Shown one piece after another: positions 51,121 through 61,221 of a stretch of 64,000 bases of DNA. The DNA comes from a virus (taxonomy: Duplodnaviria > Caudoviricetes). Each line of letters opens with the position of its first letter. Within the stretch, counting starts at the first letter, position 1. The notes below the pieces were generated by a model. That model saw nothing but the letters and a program-made list of their open reading frames with translations, searched no databases and had not been told where the DNA came from. Made by a program: the position numbers and the translations under genes. The stretch covers positions 74,524 through 138,523 of IMG/VR virus record IMGVR_UViG_3300013426_000001, one strand, 5' to 3'.

Positions 51121-51537
51121 TTATATGATCGGATCGCTTAATCGATTTGCAACCGATTGATAGACGGTAACGGGGTTCGGGTAATCTTCTTTTGCGCCCG
51201 TTTGCCTGAACTTATCGAGCTGTTCGAATAAGTAAGTCCAACCATGAGCGTAACGAATGCTTCGTATGACGTTTATCGTCTTAAAGCCTTTCGTACCACC
51301 GAACAACGCCAACCACTTTGGGTTTTCGCAACCGCTTCCATCGGGTTTGTCGACGCAAATCTCAGTTGCTTCTTCGCCTTCTGCGGAATTGATGTTGTCA
51401 AGGGTTAAACGAAGACCGAAGCCGTTTTTATAGAACTGAATGAAGAGTTCTTGGTCTTCATCCGTCTTGTACGCTTGGCGAACAGCGTTTATGAGCTGCT
51501 CTTTTGACTGTAATTGTGTAAGCTTGAGTAATAGAAT
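51121..51537 (-). CDS. hypothetical protein, probable ATT start
   Basis: frame open up to AAGGAGG; in-frame ATT 9 nt after it, no ATG/GTG/TTG nearby. Confidence 0.5.
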   Translation of the reverse strand: MLLLKLTQLQSKEQLINAVRQAYKTDEDQELFIQFYKNGFGLRLTLDNINSAEGEEATEICVDKPDGSGCENPKWLALFGGTKGFKTINVIRSIRYAHGWTYLFEQLDKFRQTGAKEDYPNPVTVYQSVANRLSDPII

Positions 51538-52784
51538 AAGCTTATACCTCCTTTATTTGCTCGTTAGCGGCGCTTCTGCTCACTCACCCAGAACAGACAG
51601 GGAATGGAAACATCCGCGTTGTTACGCAGTGCGGATGTAAGGCTGCGTCGAACTATCTTTCAAGTTCGATTAAGCGGCGTTCAACCGCTTTTGCGACTTC
51701 CCAGTCGTGAGCTTTGCGTGCTCTTTCGAGCCACGTCGTGAGCTTTGACTTGTCAGCCGTTTGACGTATGTAATCAAACACGTCCATTTCGTTCACCTCC
51801 TTTGACTTAAAGCTCTTCCTGTTCGCATTCGAGCTGATATTGGTCATCAACTCCGATGCTGGAAAGGAATTCAGCAACCATATCGGCTGCTTGCCTTGCC
51901 GTCTTTGCGCAAAAGATGCGAGAGAGGCGTACTTCATCGTTCGTGTCGAGTAACATGATCTTGAAAGTGTAACCTTTCAGCATTTTGGTACCTCCTTTTT
52001 TTGTGCTTTTAGCCAGCCAGCTGTTACGATTTACGAAAACGTAACTTGCCGAATGCTTGCTCGGGCTTGTGACCGAGCTGCCGCATTAACGCCTTTCGGC
52101 GCCACTCTGCGTAGTGTTTTTTACGTGGTTATCGCTTCCACGTCTTGTGTTAGTCTACTATCTCTATTTTGCCGTGTTTTTTCAAAAGTTCAACTTGTTT
52201 CATCATTTTTTCAAATGACGAATAAATGCAGAAATAATCATTTTTAGGATCGTCATGCATAATTTTGAGTTGGAAGTTATCTAAGCCTTTGTAAAATTTG
52301 AAACCTTTAATCATTTTAGGTTCCTCCGTTCTTTATTCCGTTAGCGGTGCTGTTGCTCACTCACGAAGAGCAACCATCGAAGCAGTTTTACATCTTACTT
52401 GGGATGTAATAATGTATTTCGCTTATAAAATAAGGTAATTTACATTATCTTAATTCACTTTTATTACTATATATAGTATATGTTATCCCTTTTCACACTC
52501 AACTCAGAATTCCTCCCCCACTAATTAAAGACGCCCAACTCAAAACACCATCCCCTCCTCAAATTCCAACCCGCGTAACCACCCATTCCCATTTTTTGAA
52601 CCCCAATTCTCAATCCACCTCAACCCTCCAAACGTCTGGACAATTTCACATTTACATTCACCCACCTAAAACCTTTACCCTTTTGCCCCCTCTTAAAAAA
52701 AAATAAAAAAAATCAAAAATCCCCCCAAATCGCTTGACAAATCCCCTTCCCTGTGTTATACTATACTCAAACAAGGAGGCAATT

Positions 52785-53774
52785 ATGAACTTAATCAGTT
52801 TGTTCAGCGGTTGCGGCGGTTTGGATTTAGGCTTTGAAAAGGCAGGCTTTAATGTTGCCGTAGCAAACGAATTTGATCCTACGATTTGGGCAACTTTCAA
52901 GGCTAATCATCCCAATACTAAGTTAATAGAAGGCGATATCCGCAAAATTAAAGATACAGATTTTCCCGACGATATTGACGGAATAATCGGCGGTCCGCCT
53001 TGTCAATCTTGGTCAGAAGCAGGTGCGCAACGCGGAATCGACGATTTGCGTGGTCAACTTTTTTATGAATACATAAGGATATTAAAAAGCAAACAACCGA
53101 AATTTTTCCTTGCAGAGAACGTAAGCGGTATGTTGCTTGGCAGGCATTCTGAGGCTGTTAAAAATATCATTGAAATGTTCAAAGAATGCGGCTATAACGT
53201 AACTGTAACATTAGTAAATGCAAAAGACTATGGGGTACCACAGGAGCGTAAGCGTGTTTTTTACATTGGCTTTAGAAACGATTTGAATATTGATTTCAAA
53301 TTTCCTCAAGGTTCAACAAAAGACAATAATAAAAAAATAACGCTTCGCGATACAATTTGGGATTTGCAATTTACAGCAGTTCCTGCTGGTGATAAAAATT
53401 ATCATAACCCTAACGCAGTTAATAATAACGAATATTTCACGGGTGCATTTTCGCCTATATTTATGAGCCGTAACAGAGTAAAATCCTGGGACGAACAAGC
53501 GTTTACGGTTCAGGCATCAGGCAGGCAATGCCAAATACATCCGCAAGCACCTAAAATGGTTAAAGTCGGCATTGATCAATATGCGTATGCAAAAGGGTAT
53601 GAAAGCCTATATCGCAGAATGACCGTTAGGGAGATTGCAAGAATACAGGGCTTTCCTGATACGTTTAAATTCATATACAACAACGTGAATGACGGTTATA
53701 AAATGATTGGAAATGCAGTACCAATAAATCTTGCATATGAAATTGCACTATCTATAAAACAACAACAACTATAA
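52785..53774 (+). CDS. C5-cytosine DNA methyltransferase, M.HaeIII-like (probably GGCC)
   Basis: LFSGCGG, GGPPCQ, AENV, QERKRV, TRD FMSRNRV..QASGRQ, IGNAVP. Confidence 0.93.
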   Translation: MNLISLFSGCGGLDLGFEKAGFNVAVANEFDPTIWATFKANHPNTKLIEGDIRKIKDTDFPDDIDGIIGGPPCQSWSEAGAQRGIDDLRGQLFYEYIRILKSKQPKFFLAENVSGMLLGRHSEAVKNIIEMFKECGYNVTVTLVNAKDYGVPQERKRVFYIGFRNDLNIDFKFPQGSTKDNNKKITLRDTIWDLQFTAVPAGDKNYHNPNAVNNNEYFTGAFSPIFMSRNRVKSWDEQAFTVQASGRQCQIHPQAPKMVKVGIDQYAYAKGYESLYRRMTVREIARIQGFPDTFKFIYNNVNDGYKMIGNAVPINLAYEIALSIKQQQL

Positions 53775-53784
53775 GGAGGCAATT

Positions 53785-54333
53785 ATGAAATTCGAAGAAT
53801 GTAAAATTGGCGATATTGTCACGCCGAAATCAGATGAAATAGAGACTTGTAATTATTTTGGGAACATAACCTCTTACATAGCATCGACAAAGAAATTTAT
53901 GATAACTGGACTTAATTACGGTACGCAAACCGTAGATATAACACCGATAATTTCTCTATCTACGGAGACTGCATCTGTAACTAGAGCTGGGTTCGAGTTT
54001 GCTTTTGTTTCCCCGTCATGTCTAATTCTATCGTGTTTAACAACGATCGAAACTATGTTAAATGCGAAGTTTGATTTGAAATATCTTGATCAAAATTCAT
54101 TTAAAGACAAGATTTGTATGCCTGACAATAACCTCGACTTCGAAGTTCATCGCGAAGCAAATGAGCTTACGGCTTATTATCACGGCGTCAAACTCGCGAC
54201 CGTTAAATGCCACCCCAACGACGTCTATGACGAAGAATTCGGGCTTCACCTGCTGCTCCGCCGCGCATGCCTGAAACTCAAAGACGAACACACGGTGGTC
54301 GAAACGGTGGAAGAACTTCTGCAAAAACCGTAA
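53785..54333 (+). CDS. hypothetical protein
   Basis: AAGGAGG RBS; VKCHPNDVYDEEFG motif. Confidence 0.6.
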   Translation: MKFEECKIGDIVTPKSDEIETCNYFGNITSYIASTKKFMITGLNYGTQTVDITPIISLSTETASVTRAGFEFAFVSPSCLILSCLTTIETMLNAKFDLKYLDQNSFKDKICMPDNNLDFEVHREANELTAYYHGVKLATVKCHPNDVYDEEFGLHLLLRRACLKLKDEHTVVETVEELLQKP

Positions 54334-54907
54334 AATACATTTGGGCGGCTAAAATCGATTTCAACTTTTTAGCGTTTCCAAAAATTTAAAAAAATCAAAA
54401 AACCGACTTTGCATAGAAACCGTTGAAAAATACACGTTTTTAATGCGAGGTCGGTTTTGAAGTGCTCGAATTCGACGGGTTTAAAATGACCCGATAACGA
54501 CCCAATGTCCTATACTTTTGACCCAATACGGTTTTGTGTTAGAAATAAAGGGCATTAATTCAAACACGTCTTTTGTTCTAATTCGCGTGAAAAGTCGATT
54601 TTAACTCGTCCCGCACGATTTCATTTGAGATTTTCAATTTAACCTATTTTAACCTATTTAACATCAATTTTACCAATCTAACATTCCGAATGTTAAATGA
54701 CTAAAACGAATGTTACTATATCATTCCAACGATACAAAATAATTACAGCTCGTCCGTTTTTAATCCGCGAAATCCCGTTTGTGACAACGCGGCGACACAA
54801 ATAAAAACGTGGTTTATGGTTTTATCGTGGCATTACAATGTCACAAAATCCAGACGTTTGGAAAATAAGGTAAACAAAAAGCCCCGCCGAAACGAGGCTC
54901 TGTATTT

Positions 54908-55663
54908 TTAATCTTCTATTACGATACACCCGACTTTATAACTAAACGCCGTCGTTGTATCAAGCCCAATCAACTTACGTTCTTTGTCAACGTAAATATC
55001 TCCGTCTACTTCTTCCCATTTCCCAGCGAACCTCTCGTTTAACTCCTTCGCTCGCCAGTGCCCGAACACGATGGTTTTATCGATTTTCGTGTGAGTTCGG
55101 TCGAGCGTCCAGATATGATCGGGTGTCTTTGCCCACGAAGCCGTATTCCATTCCCAATCTTCGAGTTTGCTCAATTCCCAGTTCTTGCCGAACCATTGCA
55201 ACGGGACGAATCCGTGCGTAAAGATATAGTGCTCCGTCTCGAAGTACCACGGAAGCGATTTGAGCCAGTTGTAAAACCCGACGTTCATCATCACTTTTGC
55301 TGCATCGAATTGGAGATAACAATCGTATTTTACCTGATTTGGATAACGCCCCAGGAACGAAGCAAACGTGTTGTGTTCTCCGTTGTATATATCAGTTTCG
55401 GTTAGCTGTCTACGCTCGATTGCGTCGATAAGAATACTCTCGTGGTTTCCCCGAATACAAATCGGCTTATTCGTGTGATGGGGCGACGTAAGGTACCGCC
55501 AAATATTCATGCAATCAGAATTAATCTGCGCCGCTCTGCCGAAGTAATCCCCGCACCCGATGAGCTGGTGCTTCGGGTTTGCGGCGTCATAACCCATTTC
55601 TGTAATCGCGGCTAAAAGCGCTTCGTAATTCCCATGCGGGTCTGCAAAAACGAAATACGTCAT
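54908..55663 (-). CDS. calcineurin-like metallophosphoesterase
   Basis: DPHG, GDYFGR, GNHE, THG, GHW. Confidence 0.9.
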   Translation of the reverse strand: MTYFVFADPHGNYEALLAAITEMGYDAANPKHQLIGCGDYFGRAAQINSDCMNIWRYLTSPHHTNKPICIRGNHESILIDAIERRQLTETDIYNGEHNTFASFLGRYPNQVKYDCYLQFDAAKVMMNVGFYNWLKSLPWYFETEHYIFTHGFVPLQWFGKNWELSKLEDWEWNTASWAKTPDHIWTLDRTHTKIDKTIVFGHWRAKELNERFAGKWEEVDGDIYVDKERKLIGLDTTTAFSYKVGCIVIED

Positions 55664-55665
55664 CT

Positions 55666-56148
55666 CTAGATCTCCTTAATGTCGGGGTCAATCGGGTTTC
55701 CGTCAGAATCAAGCACGACCGCGTATTTCGCAAGCGTTGCGGCATAAACGATGCCTCCGTCTTTACGTCTTTCATGGAAGATTTTGCCGTCATCGTCACG
55801 CAGCCACTGCCATTCCGCAAGCTGGTTGCAAGTCAAATCGAGAAGTTTTTCCCTGTCGGTAATTCCTCCGAACATTTCGCGGTTTTTTGCAGCGAGCGCA
55901 TCTATGAGTCTTTCCTCGACTGCTTTAAGGTCGGCATCGTTCTTTCCGATTTCAGCGTCGACATAATATGCTTTCAGCTTATACCTTTTCTGTGTTACCT
56001 TATCAGGGTCTGAAACGTTGAGCCAGATCACTTCGTTCCCCCAAACATTTAAACTCGAAAAATGAGCACCGAAAGGTTTTGCTTCTTCGATGATGTCTGT
56101 GTAACCGTTATTGTAAAAGTATTTCTCTGCCTTTTTGATGTCAATCAT
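55666..56148 (-). CDS. hypothetical protein
   Basis: promoter 56172-56200, GGAGG RBS. Confidence 0.6.
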   Translation of the reverse strand: MIDIKKAEKYFYNNGYTDIIEEAKPFGAHFSSLNVWGNEVIWLNVSDPDKVTQKRYKLKAYYVDAEIGKNDADLKAVEERLIDALAAKNREMFGGITDREKLLDLTCNQLAEWQWLRDDDGKIFHERRKDGGIVYAATLAKYAVVLDSDGNPIDPDIKEI

Positions 56149-56307
56149 AACTTACCTCCGTTTTCGCCTCTAGTATACCACAATCAAACCCGTTTGTCAA
56201 GCGTTTTAACCAACTTTTTGTGTCGCCGCGTTGTCACGATTGTGCAAGTGGTTGTTGCGCAAATTGCACTAACCACAATTGGGTCGAATTCGCCATAATT
56301 AGAAAAG

Positions 56308-56335
56308 CATAACCCCTCATTTTCGAGGGGTTATG
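56308..56335. terminator. hairpin terminator
   Basis: CATAACCCCTC/GAGGGGTTATG. Confidence 0.65.
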
Positions 56336-56346
56336 TGGGGGTTACA

Positions 56347-56973
56347 TTAGTTGAGCTTCTCTTCTTTTTTCTCGTCAAAAGCATTGTCAACTGCTTCTTT
56401 GTCAATCTTGTCTTTGAGATCATTAAGAGCAGGGTCGTTTGCCCTCATAATGTCCGCAATGTTCTTAATAACTTCGGGGTCGATTTCGTCCTTCATATTA
56501 CGAAGAGACGTCACGAGTTCTCTTAAACTTCCCGTATCCATTTCACGCATACTCTGAACAAGGTCGGTGAGATTCTGATAGGAAAGTGTGCGTTCCATCA
56601 TACGAACAAGTCTGTCATAATCTTTGCCGCAATATTCGAGAATATAATCCGCCAATCCCGACTGATAAATCAGGTCGTAGTTTTCGTAATTTTTTATATC
56701 GATATTCACTTCGGGCTCGATGTTCACATACGAAAGAAGCCCATCAAAACAACATGCGATTTCAAGCCCCGCCGTGAAGAACGCTTCTGGAACATCGATG
56801 TCTTTATCGCTATCCATAACCATACGAACAAGTGCAACAACCTTTTCCTGCATAGGAAGATAGGCTCGAATTACAAGGTTTTGAAGCATGTCATTATAAC
56901 TTTTAACCACTGCTTCATCTTCGGGGTGTTTAGTAAACGCGTCACAAATATCTAATATTTCTTGAAGTTTCAT
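56347..56973 (-). CDS. hypothetical acidic protein
   Basis: GGAGG RBS. Confidence 0.65.
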   Translation of the reverse strand: MKLQEILDICDAFTKHPEDEAVVKSYNDMLQNLVIRAYLPMQEKVVALVRMVMDSDKDIDVPEAFFTAGLEIACCFDGLLSYVNIEPEVNIDIKNYENYDLIYQSGLADYILEYCGKDYDRLVRMMERTLSYQNLTDLVQSMREMDTGSLRELVTSLRNMKDEIDPEVIKNIADIMRANDPALNDLKDKIDKEAVDNAFDEKKEEKLN

Positions 56974-56975
56974 TT

Positions 56976-57341
56976 TTAACCCTCCACTTCGGTATCTCCA
57001 TCACCAAGAACTACCAATTCTTCTTTGGGAAGTGTGTAGTACCAATTACCATGAAGTTTTACCATCGCGCGAACCGCATACGGGAATATGCTCGTCATTT
57101 CCCACGTGAGGTTGTCGGTGAATACTGCACAATCGTCTTCGGTCGGCATAAGATCTTTAGTGATAAGTTCGAGTTTCGCTTGACAACCCTGTTTTGCGAG
57201 TTTTTCGACAACTTCTTCGTAGTGTTTCTGCCCGCCGAGGTAGTAACATCTGTGACCTTGTGAAAATTCCTCCTGAATCATTGTGATGAGGAATTGAGTT
57301 TTTCCGCCCTTTTTCGGGGCAACGTATCCGAGTTTAATCAT
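56976..57341 (-). CDS. small P-loop-like protein
   Basis: APKKGGKT. Confidence 0.5.
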   Translation of the reverse strand: MIKLGYVAPKKGGKTQFLITMIQEEFSQGHRCYYLGGQKHYEEVVEKLAKQGCQAKLELITKDLMPTEDDCAVFTDNLTWEMTSIFPYAVRAMVKLHGNWYYTLPKEELVVLGDGDTEVEG

Positions 57342-57360
57342 TTTTTTCTATTTCCTTTTT

Positions 57361-57921
57361 TTAATTATTATTTTCTTTTTGATTTTGTTTTCTTAAGGCT
57401 TCTGCCAAGCCGCACGGGTAAAATTCTGTGCAGGCGTATCCACGATAAATACAATTCGGAACGAGTAATCCTATGAATTCAGGATTCGCCTGTTCGACCT
57501 GTTTACATATTTCTGCAACGACCTGTCGAGTTTCAGGCGACGCCTGCATACACAAACGTTTTCTTGCAATAACCATTAACTCTTGGGCGTTGAGATACCA
57601 GCACATATCCACAGGTTGATTTTGGGGCGCTTCGCCTCGGTCGTAATTCGACTGTCGATCATTCCTCTGCGTTTTAACGAATGGTGTTGCATGAACGTGT
57701 CGACATAAGTGAACGCTTACCCAATATGGAATATTTGTTATCCTAAAACAAAATTCAAGGGTTCTTATCGGGCTATGTTCCGCTGAGAGTATTTTATGTT
57801 TCCATTCCACTGTTGGAAGCTTTTCGCTATCTTTCCCGACCGTGACCAATGTGCATTTTTTGCATAAAAGCCAATCTTCGTCAGTCGGGTGTTTTAAAAT
57901 TTCAACTTTAAAATCTATCAT
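57361..57921 (-). CDS. thyX: FAD-dependent thymidylate synthase (short ThyX-like)
   Basis: EHSPIR, HLCRH..QRNDR, RLCMQASPETR. Confidence 0.75.
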   Translation of the reverse strand: MIDFKVEILKHPTDEDWLLCKKCTLVTVGKDSEKLPTVEWKHKILSAEHSPIRTLEFCFRITNIPYWVSVHLCRHVHATPFVKTQRNDRQSNYDRGEAPQNQPVDMCWYLNAQELMVIARKRLCMQASPETRQVVAEICKQVEQANPEFIGLLVPNCIYRGYACTEFYPCGLAEALRKQNQKENNN

Positions 57922-58640
57922 CGTGTTTCATCCGCCCATTTACTTAAACGTCCACGAAAGTCTTGTGTGAGTTTGCATATTTTTATAAAGTTTTCTTTTT
58001 CAGCGGCAGATAAAAATTTTGGAAAACCAGAATCTTGCCTATACTTCAAATCCGTCTGAATTATATTCCCACAAACAATTACTTTTGTGGTATCATGGCA
58101 TCTAGTAAGAGTTTTTCTTAATTCGTGCTCGGTAAAATCTTGCGCTTCATCTATAATGCAATAAGCATTTTGGAAGTTTCTACCTCTAATATAAGAGTGA
58201 GCAATTGCCTCTATGTAACACTCGCCATTCTTTATGTTTTCCATATTACTTTCACTATAAATTACAGTTTCTGGGTTGACGCCACATGTAATTAAAGCAT
58301 CTCTTAAGCCGTCTAAATATAAAGATATTTTTGAGCTATAGTCTCCTGGCAAAAATCCCACAGCGTCACTTTGGCAAGGAGATATTACGTAATATATCTT
58401 ATCCACCATACCAAGTTCGTGCATAAGTATTCCAGTTGCAACGGCAAGAGTGGTTTTACTACAACCTGCGTTTGCTTCGCAAAATACAGCTATATTCTTC
58501 TTGTCATATATACTTCTAACAAATTCCTTTTGCTCGTCTGTCAATTCATAAGGGAATCTCTTCCAATAAGTATATTCCAACGGATCTTTTAAAATCTCAA
58601 TCTTTTTTTCAGTATTAATAGTAGTTTTTCTAGCAGCCAT
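57918..58640 (-). CDS. phoH: PhoH family ATPase
   Basis: AGCSKT, GFLPG, IRGRNF, IIDEAQD, LTR. Confidence 0.9.
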   Translation of the reverse strand: MAARKTTINTEKKIEILKDPLEYTYWKRFPYELTDEQKEFVRSIYDKKNIAVFCEANAGCSKTTLAVATGILMHELGMVDKIYYVISPCQSDAVGFLPGDYSSKISLYLDGLRDALITCGVNPETVIYSESNMENIKNGECYIEAIAHSYIRGRNFQNAYCIIDEAQDFTEHELRKTLTRCHDTTKVIVCGNIIQTDLKYRQDSGFPKFLSAAEKENFIKICKLTQDFRGRLSKWADETR

Positions 58641-58646
58641 ACGTCC

Positions 58647-59345
58647 TCACAATAAATCCGTTATATCACCCGCAATTATCTTATCAACAACACCCAACTC
58701 GACTTGTTCTACCCCATTTATAAACCATTCAGTTTTCTTTTTCTTATTCAGAAGTTCTTTGGAAATTTTTGTACAAGAAACAACATGATCAAAGATAGTG
58801 TTAAGCGTTTTGTTATATTGAGCCGTATGTGATTTGATCGTTTCGGCTTCGCCTTGAAACGCGCCCGAACCTTGATGATAAAGCGATTGAGAATGCTCGA
58901 GAGAATATCTCTTATGCCCTGCAATCAGTATATAAAAACCGCAAGACATCGCCACTCCCATATTATAAGTATACACAGGTGTTTTAGATACCTTAATCAC
59001 ATCTACCAATGGGAACATTGCATCTATATCTCCACCATATGAATTAATCATAAGTTTGATCGGCTTTCTTTCTTCGGGTTTAATGCCGTTAATTTCATCC
59101 TCTCTATTCCATATCAGAATGTTTTTAACGATCGGGACTGTACTTTCTCTATAAATTTCATCGCTTAACCAAATAACTCTATTATTATAATTCTTGTAAT
59201 AGGTATAAACGCCAGGATTTGGGAAAACGCTATCCTCATTTTGACGCGAAATAAAATCCGTCATCAATGTATCTACGTTATTTTTCAAATCTTGAAAAAT
59301 TTCAGAGAAATCTGTATCACTTTCAGCAAATTTTTTATCTACCAT
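58647..59345 (-). CDS. clpP: ClpP-like protease
   Basis: INSYGG, AMSCG (catalytic Ser), YHQ, GVVDKI. Confidence 0.9.
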   Translation of the reverse strand: MVDKKFAESDTDFSEIFQDLKNNVDTLMTDFISRQNEDSVFPNPGVYTYYKNYNNRVIWLSDEIYRESTVPIVKNILIWNREDEINGIKPEERKPIKLMINSYGGDIDAMFPLVDVIKVSKTPVYTYNMGVAMSCGFYILIAGHKRYSLEHSQSLYHQGSGAFQGEAETIKSHTAQYNKTLNTIFDHVVSCTKISKELLNKKKKTEWFINGVEQVELGVVDKIIAGDITDLL

Positions 59346-59382
59346 CTATTTTCTCCTTCGACAATTTTCATTGTCTAAAGGT

Positions 59383-59493
59383 ATTATAACACACTTCCCA
59401 GACCTTGTCAAGCATATCCGTAAAAATTATTTTAAAATTTTTTTATTTTTTTTTGCGTAAACGCTTGACAACTGCCAAAACCTATGTTATAAT
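59383..59493. promoter_or_regulatory. back-to-back divergent promoters
   Basis: - strand 59383-59411 and + strand 59465-59493, both TTGACA-17-TATAAT. Confidence 0.85.
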
Positions 59494-59499
59494 GCTCTC

Positions 59500-59880
59500 G
59501 AAACTGAATAGTTATCAGCGGACGCACCACCGCTTTAACAACAGGATTGCCGCAAATGTTGCCGCCACACACCGACATATTTTGCGTCAGAGGAGCGTGG
59601 ACACCAAACAAAACCTCAATAAAAAAGATGGTGGGCTTAGGAAGGCGAAGAAGAGAGCACCTACCTCGATAAAGACGTTATGGATTCGCGTGTAACGAGA
59701 GGTATGACGATGTGAAATCATTGTTTATATGTGTGTTATAGCAGAACGGAAACTCAAGCAGGGGAAGTTTGTGAAAAGGGTATAATGTCGTCCCGTTATC
59801 GCATGGGAGCATTATACCCAAAACACAGAACCATTTTTCTCGCAAAGGAAGGTTTGTGTTTCTGTTATTTCTTTTTTTTG
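59500..59880 (+). ncRNA. ~380-nt structured ncRNA candidate
   Basis: promoter to T-run with long hairpins, no convincing ORF. Confidence 0.55.
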
Positions 59881-60057
59881 TTTTTTATATAGTTTTTCAC
59901 ATTAATAGGTTTTGGGTATAATTAAGGGTGGTTTGGGTGGGTAAAGTGTTTTTAATTATTTTATAATATAAAAATATACATTTTTGTGAATATTTTATAC
60001 AATTTCAATTGACAATATGTATAACTTATGATATAATGAATTCGTAAGTTAAAAAAT

Positions 60058-60684
60058 ATGTATTCCAATTCTAATAAGGGGGAAACCAATGACGTGAAAA
60101 TATTTTTGGATTGCGATGATACAATTATAAACTCTTCCGAATGTATTATCGACTTATTAAACAAGAGAAACGGTACAAATAAAACAATTGATGATTTAAA
60201 GGATTTTCATTATCGTTCAATCGATAAAACATTGAGTAATGATGACGTAGTAAAATTATTTGAGTCTGATGATTTTTGGAGTTCAGTTCGGTATAATTTG
60301 GATTTTTTGAAGTATAATAGATTTCTGGATAATAATTTTGAAGTCGAAGTTGTTAGTTGCGGCACAAAGCCGAATTTAGAGAAAAAGAAAAAATACCTCG
60401 AAGATATTGGTTATAAATTTACGGGCATTTTGATTGGCGATGATATGAATTTATGTAAAAGATGTATAAATATGCATGGCGGAATTCAAATTGACGACAA
60501 CATTAAAAGCATCGAGAATACAAACGCAACGATAAAAATACTTCTTCAAAACGGGCACGATTTTCCGTGGAATAAAGTTAAACCTAATATTGATAATTTG
60601 TACGTTGTTCAGACGTGGGAAGAGATTTATCAAATTTTAGAGTTTTTAAAGAAAAATCCTGAATTTGTTTGTGCGGGGTATTAA
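60058..60684 (+). CDS. HAD-family 5'(3')-deoxyribonucleotidase-like
   Basis: FLDCDDTI, IQIDDN, FPWN; start may be GTG 60094. Confidence 0.75.
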   Translation: MYSNSNKGETNDVKIFLDCDDTIINSSECIIDLLNKRNGTNKTIDDLKDFHYRSIDKTLSNDDVVKLFESDDFWSSVRYNLDFLKYNRFLDNNFEVEVVSCGTKPNLEKKKKYLEDIGYKFTGILIGDDMNLCKRCINMHGGIQIDDNIKSIENTNATIKILLQNGHDFPWNKVKPNIDNLYVVQTWEEIYQILEFLKKNPEFVCAGY

Positions 60685-60685
60685 A

Positions 60686-61210
60686 ATGCGGGTAATTTTA
60701 GTTTCTGGTTCTGCTAGATTTGGCAAAGATTCAGCTGCTTTTATGATAAAGGAATTGTTAGAAAAACAAAAAAAGAAAGTTTTAATAATTCATTATGCCG
60801 ATAATTTAAAGCTTTTTGCGAAAAATTATTTTGGTTGGTCAGGACAGAAGGATTCTAAGGGCAGAAAGTTATTACAATGGCTAGGCACCGACGTTGTTCG
60901 TAAAAACTATGAAGACACATGGGTTGATATGATTGTGGCATTGTTAAAAGGTGTAAAAACGCTGTACGATTATATAATAATTCCCGATGTTCGTTTCCCG
61001 AATGAAGTCGATAAAATGTGCGACAATTTTGATTGTGTTACGGTCCGCGTAATTCGTCCAAATTTTGACAACGGTTTAACAGAAGAGCAGAAAAATCACC
61101 CGAGCGAGAGAGCCCTTGACAACTACCCAATGGAATATGAGTTGATTAACGATGGTGATTTGGAAAAATTATTGGAAACCACGAGAACATTTCTTAAAAA
61201 TATTGGCTAA
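60686..61210 (+). CDS. deoxynucleoside monophosphate kinase
   Basis: SGSARFGKD, RKLLQWLGT, PDVRFPNE, HPSE. Confidence 0.8.
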   Translation: MRVILVSGSARFGKDSAAFMIKELLEKQKKKVLIIHYADNLKLFAKNYFGWSGQKDSKGRKLLQWLGTDVVRKNYEDTWVDMIVALLKGVKTLYDYIIIPDVRFPNEVDKMCDNFDCVTVRVIRPNFDNGLTEEQKNHPSERALDNYPMEYELINDGDLEKLLETTRTFLKNIG

Positions 61211-61221
61211 AGGAGAAAATA

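Larger units (their letters stand above)
39950..52320 (-). other. block of about 30 mostly small co-oriented early-type genes
   Basis: dense - strand ORFs with GGAGG RBSs (e.g. 40146, 40389, 40649, 41019, 41306, 41859, 42469, 42884, 44041, 44297, 44948, 45204, 45647, 46732, 49332, 50347), many acidic. Confidence 0.8.
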
